From Octopus sinensis (Eukaryota): DNA of 64,000 nt. Under the pieces are notes generated by a model. The model was not told the origin of the DNA, searched no databases, and saw nothing but the letters and a program-made list of their open reading frames with translations. This document shows, in pieces, positions 41,430 through 51,498 of this stretch. Made by a program: the position numbers and the translations under genes. The stretch is taken from the NCBI RefSeq assembly GCF_006345805.1, contig NC_043003.1, forward strand, positions 54,684,001 to 54,748,000, in the 5' to 3' direction. How positions within the stretch are numbered: the stretch's first letter is position 1; each line of letters opens with the position of its first letter.

Positions 41430-42529
41430 TGCATCATTCTCAGCTTTTTCTGATTGATGTTATAAGATGACGAAAGGGAAATCGATTCTCCTGAATGATT
41501 AAAGTGACAGGTTTTTGCCAGATATCTTTTCGCACCCACACACAGATACAAACATGCACATTCACATACAGGGTTCCTAGGAGGCCCAGGTTCAATTCCC
41601 GACATGCGAACACAATTACAGACTTAGGCATGGCTTGGTGGTTAAGAAGGTCGCTTTCTTAGCAGTCACTTTGTTTCTGGTTCTTTCCCACTCCGTGGCA
41701 CTCTAATTAAGCACCTTGTAATATAGCCCCGGGTCGACCAGTGTCATGTGAATGTATTTGATTGTGAGTAACTGTGGGTCAGCTTATCGTGTAAATGGAT
41801 TGGGTTAATCTTATTTACTCATCCTGTATGAATGAGAAAATGCGATTAAGACAATCCATGTTAACAACATCCGGATTATCCAGTCGGATCATTCCGTTAG
41901 ATAGAAAAGTGTGAGCAGATATCCATCCAGATCCCATTTCTTACCTAAGATCACATTGCAGTCACCCTCTAAGACTAATGTATGGGATGTACCCTCACCT
42001 CGATGTGCTTGGCTTAACTCAGCAACCCTTCCACTTTAAATAAAACATGACAACTAAAAGATGTTAACATCTCATAATCGATTATTTGAATTACAGTTGA
42101 CTGAGTGTGAGAACCTATAGAGCTGCATTCATAAGCCTTGCTATTGTTCCAACGAGAAGACAAAGTTACAATCACATACACCGCATACAAAGATACAACG
42201 GGATTCCACACAATCTCCGTCTACTGAATTCACTGACGAAGTATTTAAAGGCTTGCTACAATAGTGGAAGACAAATGTGAGATTAAATCCAGTTGTTGAG
42301 ATATCAACAATACAACCAATGGACGCAAACGTGTGTTATTATACACTCGAATATTTGTTATGAAATTGTTATCGTTCTATAATGACACAATGTCTGTTGA
42401 GAAATTGGGGTTGGATTACCGTTTTCGCAACAGAAGGAAAGTGGTTCTCCTGGCCAGTCCTTTGAATGCGTGTGTGTATATGTATATATATATATATACA
42501 TACATATACATAGATACATACATACATAC

Positions 42530-42613
<84 letters not shown>

Positions 42614-42615
<2 letters not shown>

Positions 42616-42920
42616 AAGTGCAATGGCCCAGTGGTTAGGGCAGCGGACTCGCGGTCGTAGGATCGCGGTTTCGATTCCCAGACCGGGCATTGTGAGTGTT
42701 TATTGAGTGAAAACACCTAAAGTTCCACGAGGCCCCGGCGTGGGGTCGTGGCGATCCCTGCTGTACTCTTTCGCCACAACTTTCTCTCTTTCATCTGTTG
42801 GCCTGCTCGCTTAGCCAGCGGGTTGGCGTCACTTGAAGGCTAAAAGAATGCGAAGCGCATCGTGACCAGCGATGTGTAGCAACATCTGATAGCCTGGTCA
42901 CTCACGGTGATCACGGTGAT
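42614..42920 (+). mobile_element. tRNA(Arg)-like SINE family C
   Basis: A-box TGGCCCAGTGG, B-box GTTTCGATTCC, tail (CACGGTGAT)x2. Confidence 0.8.
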
Positions 42921-44320
42921 ATATATATATTATTTTAGTAATTTAGAACTTGCGTTAATTAACCTATAGGTTTTAATTCCAGTTCAAGTGCCACGAAGTT
43001 TCCATCGTGAGACGTGAGAATGTGTGTATGAATCTTTGCAGACGTTCACATTCTTCACCTACTACCCACTGACCCAGTCTGCCGACAAGCCGCTTAAGGC
43101 TTTTGGAATAAAAGATCGCCGACGCTCGGACATACAGCATGATGTCTCATTGATAGTTTTTTACATTCACAGAGCATTATTCTCCCCTCCCAGTCAGCAA
43201 TTATTAATATCGTTCATTCTAAGTGACCAACACCAAATATATTATGCCTTACTAATAAATATCACAGTTAAATTTTCATGCGTTTGCTTCAGTTTTTATT
43301 TTATTTTTCATGCAGCCAGTACGCAATTTCACCTTTATACTGCAACAGTCTTGGGATAACGTTCATACAACAATGATAGTGAAGCCATTTACTTCGACAA
43401 TGGTCATTCATACATTTTAAGCATCTCATCATTGACCAGCTCAATTCAAGCAACAAGCAAATCGCCTGACATAGGTATCTCTTACTACAGCGATTCGCTT
43501 CAAGGCGTAAATATGTTTATAAGTGATCGATGACAACTTTCAAGTTTGAATAGGTAATTTGCAAATAATAAGGAGTATAGTTTTCGAAGCTAACCATCCT
43601 TAACACTTCACACTTCCCAACAATTCGAATATAGAATTTATATCATTTATAGAATCAAACACTACAGAAAAAGATATTATTTCAGCAGTAGTTACGTATT
43701 TCATTTTCACTTTTTACCTTCCAAAAATCACATAGTTCTCAAAATAGCTTATTTCAACTGGTAACTATCGTAACTTAGTGATTCGACAAAACACCTCGAT
43801 AGAATGAATAGCAGACTTTAACAATAAGTACTGGAATTAATTTGTTCGACTAAAATATTTCTAGGTGGTGCCCCAGTATGGTCGCAGGCCAGTGACCGAA
43901 AAAAAAACAAATAAAAGATTATATAAATATTCAGCATTATTTAAAAATTAAATATTATTAAATATTTGTTGGTGGGTGCGGTGTATTAAGAATAATCAGT
44001 CTCATTTAATCTTTTACTTATCCTGTGTATCACATGTGAAGAACAGAATGTATTTCCCTGGAGATCATGCTTCCTATATGATATATGCATCCAAGTTGTT
44101 TGAAGCAGCAGAGTAAGGGAACAAGAGCTGTTTGAGATCAAGAATGGATAAAGTTATGAAAGTGATTTGCAAATGCAAATGTTAATTAAAATTGGGTTGC
44201 GAACATTGTTCCTAAAATAGAATTATGGATTCTTTTTTTTTTTTTTTTGGAAAATCATATAAGTGTCTGCAAGCAACAATAAATCTCTGAACGAGATGTA
44301 AACAGTAACTGCTCGACAAC

Positions 44321-44495
44321 GTAAAGTATACTAGCCATCTCAATATGGCTAACCACTAAGGGTGGGTGTTACTGTAGCTTTTAGGCCCAGGAGTGTGTCT
44401 AAAGCCAGCTGGAGACGATGATCTCCTGGGGCTAAAATCTACAGTAACACCCACCCTTAGTGGTTAGCCATATTGAGATGGCTAGTATACTTTAC
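44321..44495. repeat. Fold-back: 73-bp arms, 2 mismatches, 29-nt loop
   Basis: 44321-44393 is the reverse complement of 44423-44495. Confidence 0.95.
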
Positions 44496-44589
44496 ATATA
44501 AGTGTTCCGTGGATAAATGCTTTTTGATAATGCTGCTCTAAGTCAGAAAGACAAGATTATAGACATTCAGACGACAACGAAATACTTAC

Positions 44590-44753
44590 CGTCGTGCCAC
44601 ATCGTACTCAATTTCGTTTCAGAGTAGAGGATTGTAGGATAATGGTCTGATTGCTCCCAACCACATCCATGGAAACCGTCCATCATTGCCAACCAACCAC
44701 GGTGTGTCAAACAGCCACCACGAGCCTGTGCTACATAGAAACGGCGTAGGTTT
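44590..44753 (-). CDS. Coding exon 4 of the same gene
   Basis: Acceptor cctttctttatcccatacag|a, donor g|gtaagt; 164 nt = 1+54x3+1; NLRRFYVAQARGGCLTHRGWLAMMDGFHGCGWEQSDHYPTILYSETKLSTMWHD(G). Confidence 0.9.
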
Positions 44754-45187
44754 CTGTATGGGATAAAGAAAGGACGGTTCACTTTCAGGTATTTTTGTTG
44801 TCGCAATTCTACTTTGCAGTAGTTACGAATCAATTAAAAATTCGTAACGAATTTAAATAAACTCACAACCATTTCTCCGACAAAATGTTTCTCTCGTTCC
44901 AATGCTTCATTTCTTGAAACTAGAACTAGTCACAAACATTAGAATTTTCTCACACACATACACACACAGAGTTTAAGACAGATTTATCAAAGATAAGGTT
45001 AAAATATTGATTTCTAAAGAAGGTACAATGTCAGGAAATTTGGAGAAAAGGAAATATAGTTAATCACATCGATACGGTATTTCACTGGTTCATGGTTTTT
45101 GAACCGGAGGAAATGAAAAACGACGCGGTATTCGAACTCAGAATATGCAGGTAATTACGCAATATAATGGTTATTGTAAGAACATAC

Positions 45188-45351
45188 TCAACTCCAGCCA
45201 CTGAGAAATAATGGTTGTTCTCTGGTATCAGGTCAGTCCATGGAGAACTTTTCAGATTGTTGAGTGAGAACCAGCTTTGAAGGGTTGTATTACGGCCATC
45301 AAACACCATCGTTACAATATCTGCGTGGTTTTTGTATAGCACAAGTTTTAC
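45188..45351 (-). CDS. Coding exon 3 of the same gene
   Basis: Acceptor gcttttcttcag|gta, donor ga|gtatgt; 164 nt = 54x3+2; VKLVLYKNHADIVTMVFDGRNTTLQSWFSLNNLKSSPWTDLIPENNHYFSVAGV(E). Confidence 0.9.
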
Positions 45352-45384
45352 CTGAAGAAAAGCCCAAATATATTTATATATATT

Positions 45385-45587
45385 ACGGAGATGTACTTGC
45401 ATAGCGAGTGACTTGATCTGAGATCGTGTGCTGGAACGAAAACAATTGCAGCGTGGAAGGTGTTTATAAGCCATTTAAGAAACACACAAAACCGTTAGAT
45501 TCACTTCAACATTTAAATTTAATTTGTCAAAATATTTTCGTCGCTTTGAGACCGCGACCTGTTCACTGACAAAACTTCGTGCTGCAT
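45385..45587 (-). mobile_element. Solo Penelope-type terminal repeat (pLTR-like) containing a hammerhead motif
   Basis: ~200-bp segment between AT/microsatellite tracts containing a minimal type-I hammerhead fold (45523-45573). Confidence 0.55.
45523..45573 (-). ncRNA. Minimal type-I hammerhead ribozyme motif with G3:C8 core covariation
   Basis: TTTGTCA-GTGAACA-G-GTCGC(ggtctcaaa)GCGAC-GAAA-ATAT-TT-TGACAAA: 7-bp stem I, 5-bp stem II, palindromic AATATT stem III. Confidence 0.6.
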
Positions 45588-45633
45588 ATTTATATGTATT
45601 TATATATATGACTCTGTATGTGTGTGTGTGTGT

Positions 45634-45674
<41 letters not shown>

Positions 45675-46117
45675 CGTGTGATATATAATGAAAAACACAT
45701 CGCCATGGGCAAATTTACTGCAGTATTTATACAGAGGTAAAATCACTTATTGACGTGCTGTGTTTAAAAGCACAATATGTATCGGAGGGAGACGAAAGTC
45801 GTTCCAACAGCGGCGTGTGAAACCACTACATGCATTTCTATCCTGTTAGGCGTCCTGTTAATTGCGTATACTCACAACCAACCACTTACTTAGAGAAGAT
45901 ATTTTACCACAGATATATAGGTAAACATTGAATAAACAATCACAGGTGTTGCTAATAGATGCGCGGATCAATAAAGACCCCTTATATGCCATGCAGGTAG
46001 TATTTGATTAAAATAGCCATTTTTTCTATCACATTTAATATAAATACATCGATATGCTAATTTACTGCCGTACTCTTCAAGAATATATGCAGCGTAAGTG
46101 TCTGTGTGTATACACAC

Positions 46118-46296
46118 CTGTTCAATTGGAAGATGGTTCCAGATATCAAGTATTGGATGTCGGAAGAAATTCGGACGATAGATACCACTGCATTTGTCCA
46201 CATTCCAAGTTGAAGGACTTCCTATATTGAGGAAGGAATTATAGATTGACGAATTTGCTCCTTTTGATATGGCATAGGCTTTAATCCATTCACTTC
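46118..46296 (-). CDS. Coding exon 2 of the same gene (start of C-terminal domain)
   Basis: Acceptor ttatttcag|ga, donor cag|gtgtgt; 179 nt = 2+59x3; (R)SEWIKAYAISKGANSSIYNSFLNIGSPSTWNVDKCSGIYRPNFFRHPILDIWNHLPIEQ; phases fit exon 1 (phase 1) and exon 3 (phase 0). Confidence 0.88.
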
Positions 46297-46327
46297 CTGA
46301 AATAATAAAAATAATAATAATAATAAT

Positions 46328-46365
<38 letters not shown>

Positions 46366-46367
<2 letters not shown>

Positions 46368-46920
46368 GCCCTGATGCAGTACCAGGCAGTGGCTCTCATG
46401 GCTTCTGATCTTAACTGATTGGAAGTGTTATCATGTACATTGTTTTGTCTTGGTATAAAAGATGGGCTACAGCAAATATTCTGCTCAATACCACAGATTT
46501 GCTGTCAGTTGTTTGACCTTAACCAGTTGAGCATGTCCCTTAGTGGCTGACGATATGTGCATCTCTGATCACGAGCAGAAGTAGTGGGGGAGCATCATAG
46601 CCATGTGGTTGAGAGGGATTCTTTGGGGTTTGATAGTTCACCTCTGGAAACATGGGTGGTTCTTTCAACATCCTTAAACAACCCTTATTCAGGGACCGTT
46701 TGAGCGAGATGGGCTACTCAACCTGAAGAAAATTCTAACTGGGCCCCACCTGCAAGGTCATGTGCTGTTTATCTTGATATGAGATCACCATGTCGTGCAC
46801 ATATGGTTGTGATGCATGTGCATGGTGTACCTTTATCAGACGGTTAGTCATGATGGGTATATTGGGCTTCGTATATTTTACCCCAGTGTCACTTTGATGG
46901 CATGAACTGCTCTCTCACTC
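46366..46920 (+). mobile_element. Element X, full-length copy
   Basis: atgccctgatgcagtacc...ctctcactc between (AAT)n tracts. Confidence 0.85.
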
Positions 46921-46949
46921 AATAATAATAATATAATAATATAATAATA

Positions 46950-47014
<65 letters not shown>

Positions 47015-47015
<1 letters not shown>

Positions 47016-47316
47016 GAAAAAGAAAGAAGAGTGCCATTGTCATCAGGTGATGACAATGGCACGTTTCTTTTTTCTTCTATATCTAGAGGAATTACCCCAA
47101 TCCTATAAATATTAACCAAAATGAAGTAGATGGACACGTTTATTTCTTAAACCTGTGGATGACACACGAGGTGTCGAAATATCGTTCACTTGATAACAAT
47201 GGGACACTTCCTCCCACCCAGGCTTTCAGTCATACTATAACGTCTCTTATCCTTCACTCACCCTAGGATGCTGGGTGTGCCTCGACAAGTGATTGTAACA
47301 AACAAGCAGATTAAAA

Positions 47317-47318
<2 letters not shown>
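47015..47318 (+). mobile_element. Element Y copy 1 (hairpin + hammerhead-like motif + Dong-like 3' tail)
   Basis: About 96% identical by eye to 48144-48443, with identical ends; (AAT)n flanks. Confidence 0.7.
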
Positions 47319-47370
<52 letters not shown>

Positions 47371-47423
47371 GTAATAATAATAATAATAATAATAAGGATA
47401 ATAATAATAATAATAATAATAAT

Positions 47424-47895
47424 GAAAGCAACCATACTCTGGGATATGCCGATACACACAGACAGAGAAATTAAGGCCAACAGACCAGATATAGTTGTCA
47501 GAGACCATGAAGAAAAAAATGCTTTCTAATTGATGTATCAATACCGGCTGATGACAACGTGTCTCTAAAAGAAATGGAGAAACTCTCAAAATACAAAGAC
47601 CTGGAAATAGAGGTAACTAGAATGTGGAATCTGAAAACAGAAACAATTCCTATCATAGTAGGTGCATTAGGCATGATAAAAAAATATTCAGACAAATACA
47701 ACATAACAAAAACACCAGGACTTACAAACACATATAACATACAGAAAATTGCACTACTAGGCACTGCACACATCCTACGCAGAACACTTTCCATACAATA
47801 ACCATCAGAGCATCACAACAAATCACAGCACATACCCAAGGCACACAGAGCTGTGCTCGGTAGTGAAGTGAAAGCACGCTATAAAAATAAAACTA

Positions 47896-47898
<3 letters not shown>
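47424..47898 (+). mobile_element. R4/Dong lineage A, short 5'-truncated copy
   Basis: ATILWDMPIHTDREIKANRPDIVVRD..LIDVSIPADDNVSLKEMEKLSKYKDL..; (TAA)n on both sides. Confidence 0.92.
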
Positions 47899-47928
<30 letters not shown>

Positions 47929-48085
47929 TATAATGATAATAATAATTATAATAATAATGATAATAATAATAATAATAATAATAACAATAATAATAATAAT
48001 AATAATAATAATGATAATAATGATAATAATAATAATAATAATAATGATAATAATAATGATGATAATAATAATAATAATAATAATG

Positions 48086-48127
<42 letters not shown>

Positions 48128-48143
48128 TAATAATAATAATAAT

Positions 48144-48441
48144 AGAAAAAGAAAGAAGAGTGCCATTGTCATCAAGTGATGACAATGGCACGTTTCTTTT
48201 TGCTTCTATATCTTGAGGAATTACCCCAATCCTATAAATATTAGCCAAAATGAAGTAGATGGACATTTTATTTCTTGAACCTGTGGATGTCACACGAGAT
48301 GTCGAAATATCGTTCACTTGATAACAATGGGATACTCCCCCCCCAGGCTTTCAGTCATACTATAACGTCTCTTATCCTTCACTCACCCTAGGATGCTGGG
48401 TGTGCCTCGACAAGTGATTGTAACAAACAAGCAGATTAAAA

Positions 48442-48443
<2 letters not shown>
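48144..48443 (+). mobile_element. Element Y copy 2
   Basis: See copy 1. Confidence 0.7.
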
Positions 48444-48499
<56 letters not shown>

Positions 48500-48503
<4 letters not shown>

Positions 48504-49611
48504 CCACCATAGGACTGCAAAAATACCTACTTCAGAAGGAAGGAAAACTGATCCAGATAGCAGCAAAACACGAGCAAAACAAAAAACTGTTCTCAGTATT
48601 TAAGGAAGCTGACAAATACAAACAAGAAATCATACCACCTAATAAACACAAAGAAGAAGAAGAAGATGATGAAGAAACACCAAAAGCTATAAAACAAATG
48701 AAATCCAAACTAAAAATAGAACAGCAACGAGCCATGATAAAACGATGGCAAGAAAACCCCCTTCATGGTAAATACTGCACTAAACTAAACGCAAAAGAAA
48801 TAGACAAAGAAAAATCCCAGCAATGGTTGAGAAGCTCAGGACTCAAAGCAGAAACAGAGGGACTTTTAATTGCAGCACAAGACCAAAGCCTCCCCACCAG
48901 AAATTACCAAAAACATGTAATGAAAAGAAATATTACAAGTAACTGCAGAATATGTGGAGATGGACAAGAAACAATAAATCATATTATCTCTAGCTGCCCA
49001 GTCCTGGCCAAGAAGGAATATATTCACAGACATGACAGAGTTGGAACATACATACATTGGAAGCTATGCCAACATTATGGAATAACAACAGAAAAAAGAT
49101 GGTATAGGCACACACCAGAAAAGGTCACAGAAAACGAGAAAGCAACCATACTCTGGGATATGCCGATACACACAGATAGAGAAATTAAGGCCAACAGACC
49201 AGATATAGTTGTCAGAGATCATGAAGAAAAAAATGCTTTCTAATTGATGTATCAATACCGGCAGATGACAACGTGTCTCTGAAAAAGAAATGGAGAAACT
49301 CTCAAAATACAAAGACCTGGAAATAGAGGTAACTAGAATGTGGAACCTGAAAACAGAAACAATTCCTATCATAGTAGGTGCATTAGGCATGATAAAAAAA
49401 TATTCAGACAAATACATAACAAAAACACCAGGACTTACTAACACATATAACATACAGAAAATTGCACTACTAGGCACTGCACACATCCTACGCAGAACAC
49501 TTTCCATACAATAACCATCAGAGCATCACAACAAATCACAGCACATACCCAAGGCACACTGAGCTGCGCTCGGTAGTGAAGTGAAAGCACGCTATAAAAA
49601 TAAAACTACTG
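48500..49611 (+). mobile_element. R4/Dong lineage A, 1.1-kb 5'-truncated copy
   Basis: ORFs 48698-49243 and 49290-49514 (CCHC knuckle, RHD, PD..D RLE motifs) split by frameshifts; (TAA)n flanks. Confidence 0.92.
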
Positions 49612-49669
49612 AATAATAATAATAATAATAACGATGACAATAACAATAATAATAATAATAATAATAATT

Positions 49670-49726
<57 letters not shown>

Positions 49727-50275
49727 TGATGCAGTACCAGGCAGTGGCTCTCATGGCTTCTGATCTTAACTGATTGGAAGTGTTATCATGTACATTGTTT
49801 TGTCTTGGTATAAAAGATGGGCTACAGCAAATATTCTGCTCAATACCACAGATTTGCTTGTCAGTTGTTTGACCTTAACCAGTTGAGCATGTCCCTTAGT
49901 GGCTGACGATATGTGCATCTCTGATCACGAGCAGAAGTAGTGGGGGAGCATCATAGCCATGTGTTGAGAGGGATTCTTTGGGGTTTGAATATTTCACCTC
50001 TGGAAACATGGGTGGTTCTTTGAACATCCTTAAACAACCCTTATTCAGGGACCTTTTGAGCGGGATGGGCTACTCAACCTGAAGTAAATTCTTACAGGCC
50101 CCACCTGCAAGGTCATGTGCTGTTTATCTTGATATGAGATCACCATGTCGCGCACATATGGTTGTGATGCATGTGCCTGGTGTACCCTTATCAGACGGGT
50201 AGTCATGATGGGTATATTGGGCTTCGTATATTTTACCCCAGTGTCACTTTGATGGCATACATTGCTCTCTCACTC
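49727..50275 (+). mobile_element. Element X copy
   Basis: Near-full copy between (AAT)n tracts. Confidence 0.85.
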
Positions 50276-50306
50276 AATAATAATAATAATAATAGTAGTA
50301 GTAGTA

Positions 50307-50396
<90 letters not shown>

Positions 50397-51068
50397 GTAA
50401 TAATAATAATAATAATAATCCTGCTATCATGTTAAACTGCATGGGTTGTGGAGACTTGACGTAGGATATAATGAGGTTTCCTTTTAGCATAATTACACTT
50501 AGGTCATACTTGGTCAAGTTGTAGCACCTGTAAGTCCAGGTTGATGTCTGGCAGGATTTAGGTCTGTTCCATGAGGTAGGATTGCTGCTTTAGCCTTGAT
50601 CGTCACCCCCTCTAGAGATGGTGTTTCAATAAAGATACCGATGGTTGTGTCACCTCATCACTGCAGAGCGAAAATGTCAAATACAAATGCTTTGAACAAC
50701 GGTGTCAATGAGATTGGAAGCGTTAATGTTGAAAACTCGCCTGGCAGTTTAAGCCCGGTCGTCATCTAGAAACTGCAGTACGGAGGAAAGACGGAATGCA
50801 ACTGTGGTGGAATGTTACATCCGAAGTGAAAGCAGTGACATGGAGGTTCAACGGCCGCAGGAGCACCAGTAGCAGCAACAACAACAATAACAAATATCAA
50901 CAGCAACAAAAACAACAGTGCTGGTTTCAAATTTTAGCACAAGGCCAGCAGTTTCATGGGGTAGAGGAGTATGTCGATATCATCGATCGCCAGTGTTCAA
51001 CTGGTACTTACATCTTAACGCAGGATGAAAAAAAGCAACAACAGTAATAATAAAGAAGCTTTACTTAC

Positions 51069-51408
51069 TTTTAAAGAAGGAAATCTCGTTGCTGTCATTC
51101 GTGCTGACGACTGTCATTATATCTTTCGGTGAGTAATTCTTACAAACACGGCTGACTTTGTTGTAAGTGAAAAATTACGATTGGCTCCTGAGAGACAGCG
51201 CGGTACAGTCGAGTAGATTTCGTGTTGAGAAGAATTGTTCTGTTGGAGATGTATGAAGGTAAGCATATGTATAACCAGAACCCAAAGATTTGTAATAAGC
51301 CTCCTGATCTGAGGTAACAACCAGAAATGTTGTAATGGTTAGCAGCAGCACTGTTGTCACAGCTAGACAGGTAACAGGAAAAAGCGACATTCATAGCTCT
51401 ATGATCGC
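51069..51408 (-). pseudogene. First coding exon of a secreted PAN/Apple-like-domain protein gene, with an in-frame premature TAA
   Basis: Pyrimidine-rich acceptor (tttcttttcccatctgtctcactcag|) at 51409; ATG at 51390 directly after an in-frame TGA. Reads MSLFPVTCLAVTTVLLLTITTFLVVTS-DQEAYYKSLGSGYTYAYLHTSPTEQFFSTRNLLDCTALSLRSQS*FFTYNKVSRVCKNYSPKDIMTVVSTNDSNEISFFK, then donor a|gtaagt (phase 1, matching the next exon). Hydrophobic signal peptide; C..(C)...FTYN....C pattern resembles PAN/Apple. Confidence 0.8.
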
Positions 51409-51454
51409 CTGAGTGAGACAGATGGGAAAAGAAATGGAATAAAAAATAGAGTTG

Positions 51455-51498
<44 letters not shown>

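Noticed and set aside
42614-42690. Functional tRNA gene
   Set aside because: tRNA-like head lacks a matching acceptor stem and runs into a SINE body and tail.
43580-43660. - strand alternative terminal exon (V)FDSINDINSIFELLGSVKC*
   Set aside because: Phase-compatible but lacks the AD.LAIF motif; much weaker than 39694-39740.
46540-46590. CTGACGA...GAAG in element X as a hammerhead
   Set aside because: Stem II does not close onto GAAA and no NUH precedes a stem I partner.
46310-50420. CRISPR-like repeat/spacer array (TAA tracts alternating with unique segments)
   Set aside because: Eukaryotic context; the spacers are hundreds of bp of retroelement sequence and the repeats are variable microsatellites; no cas genes.
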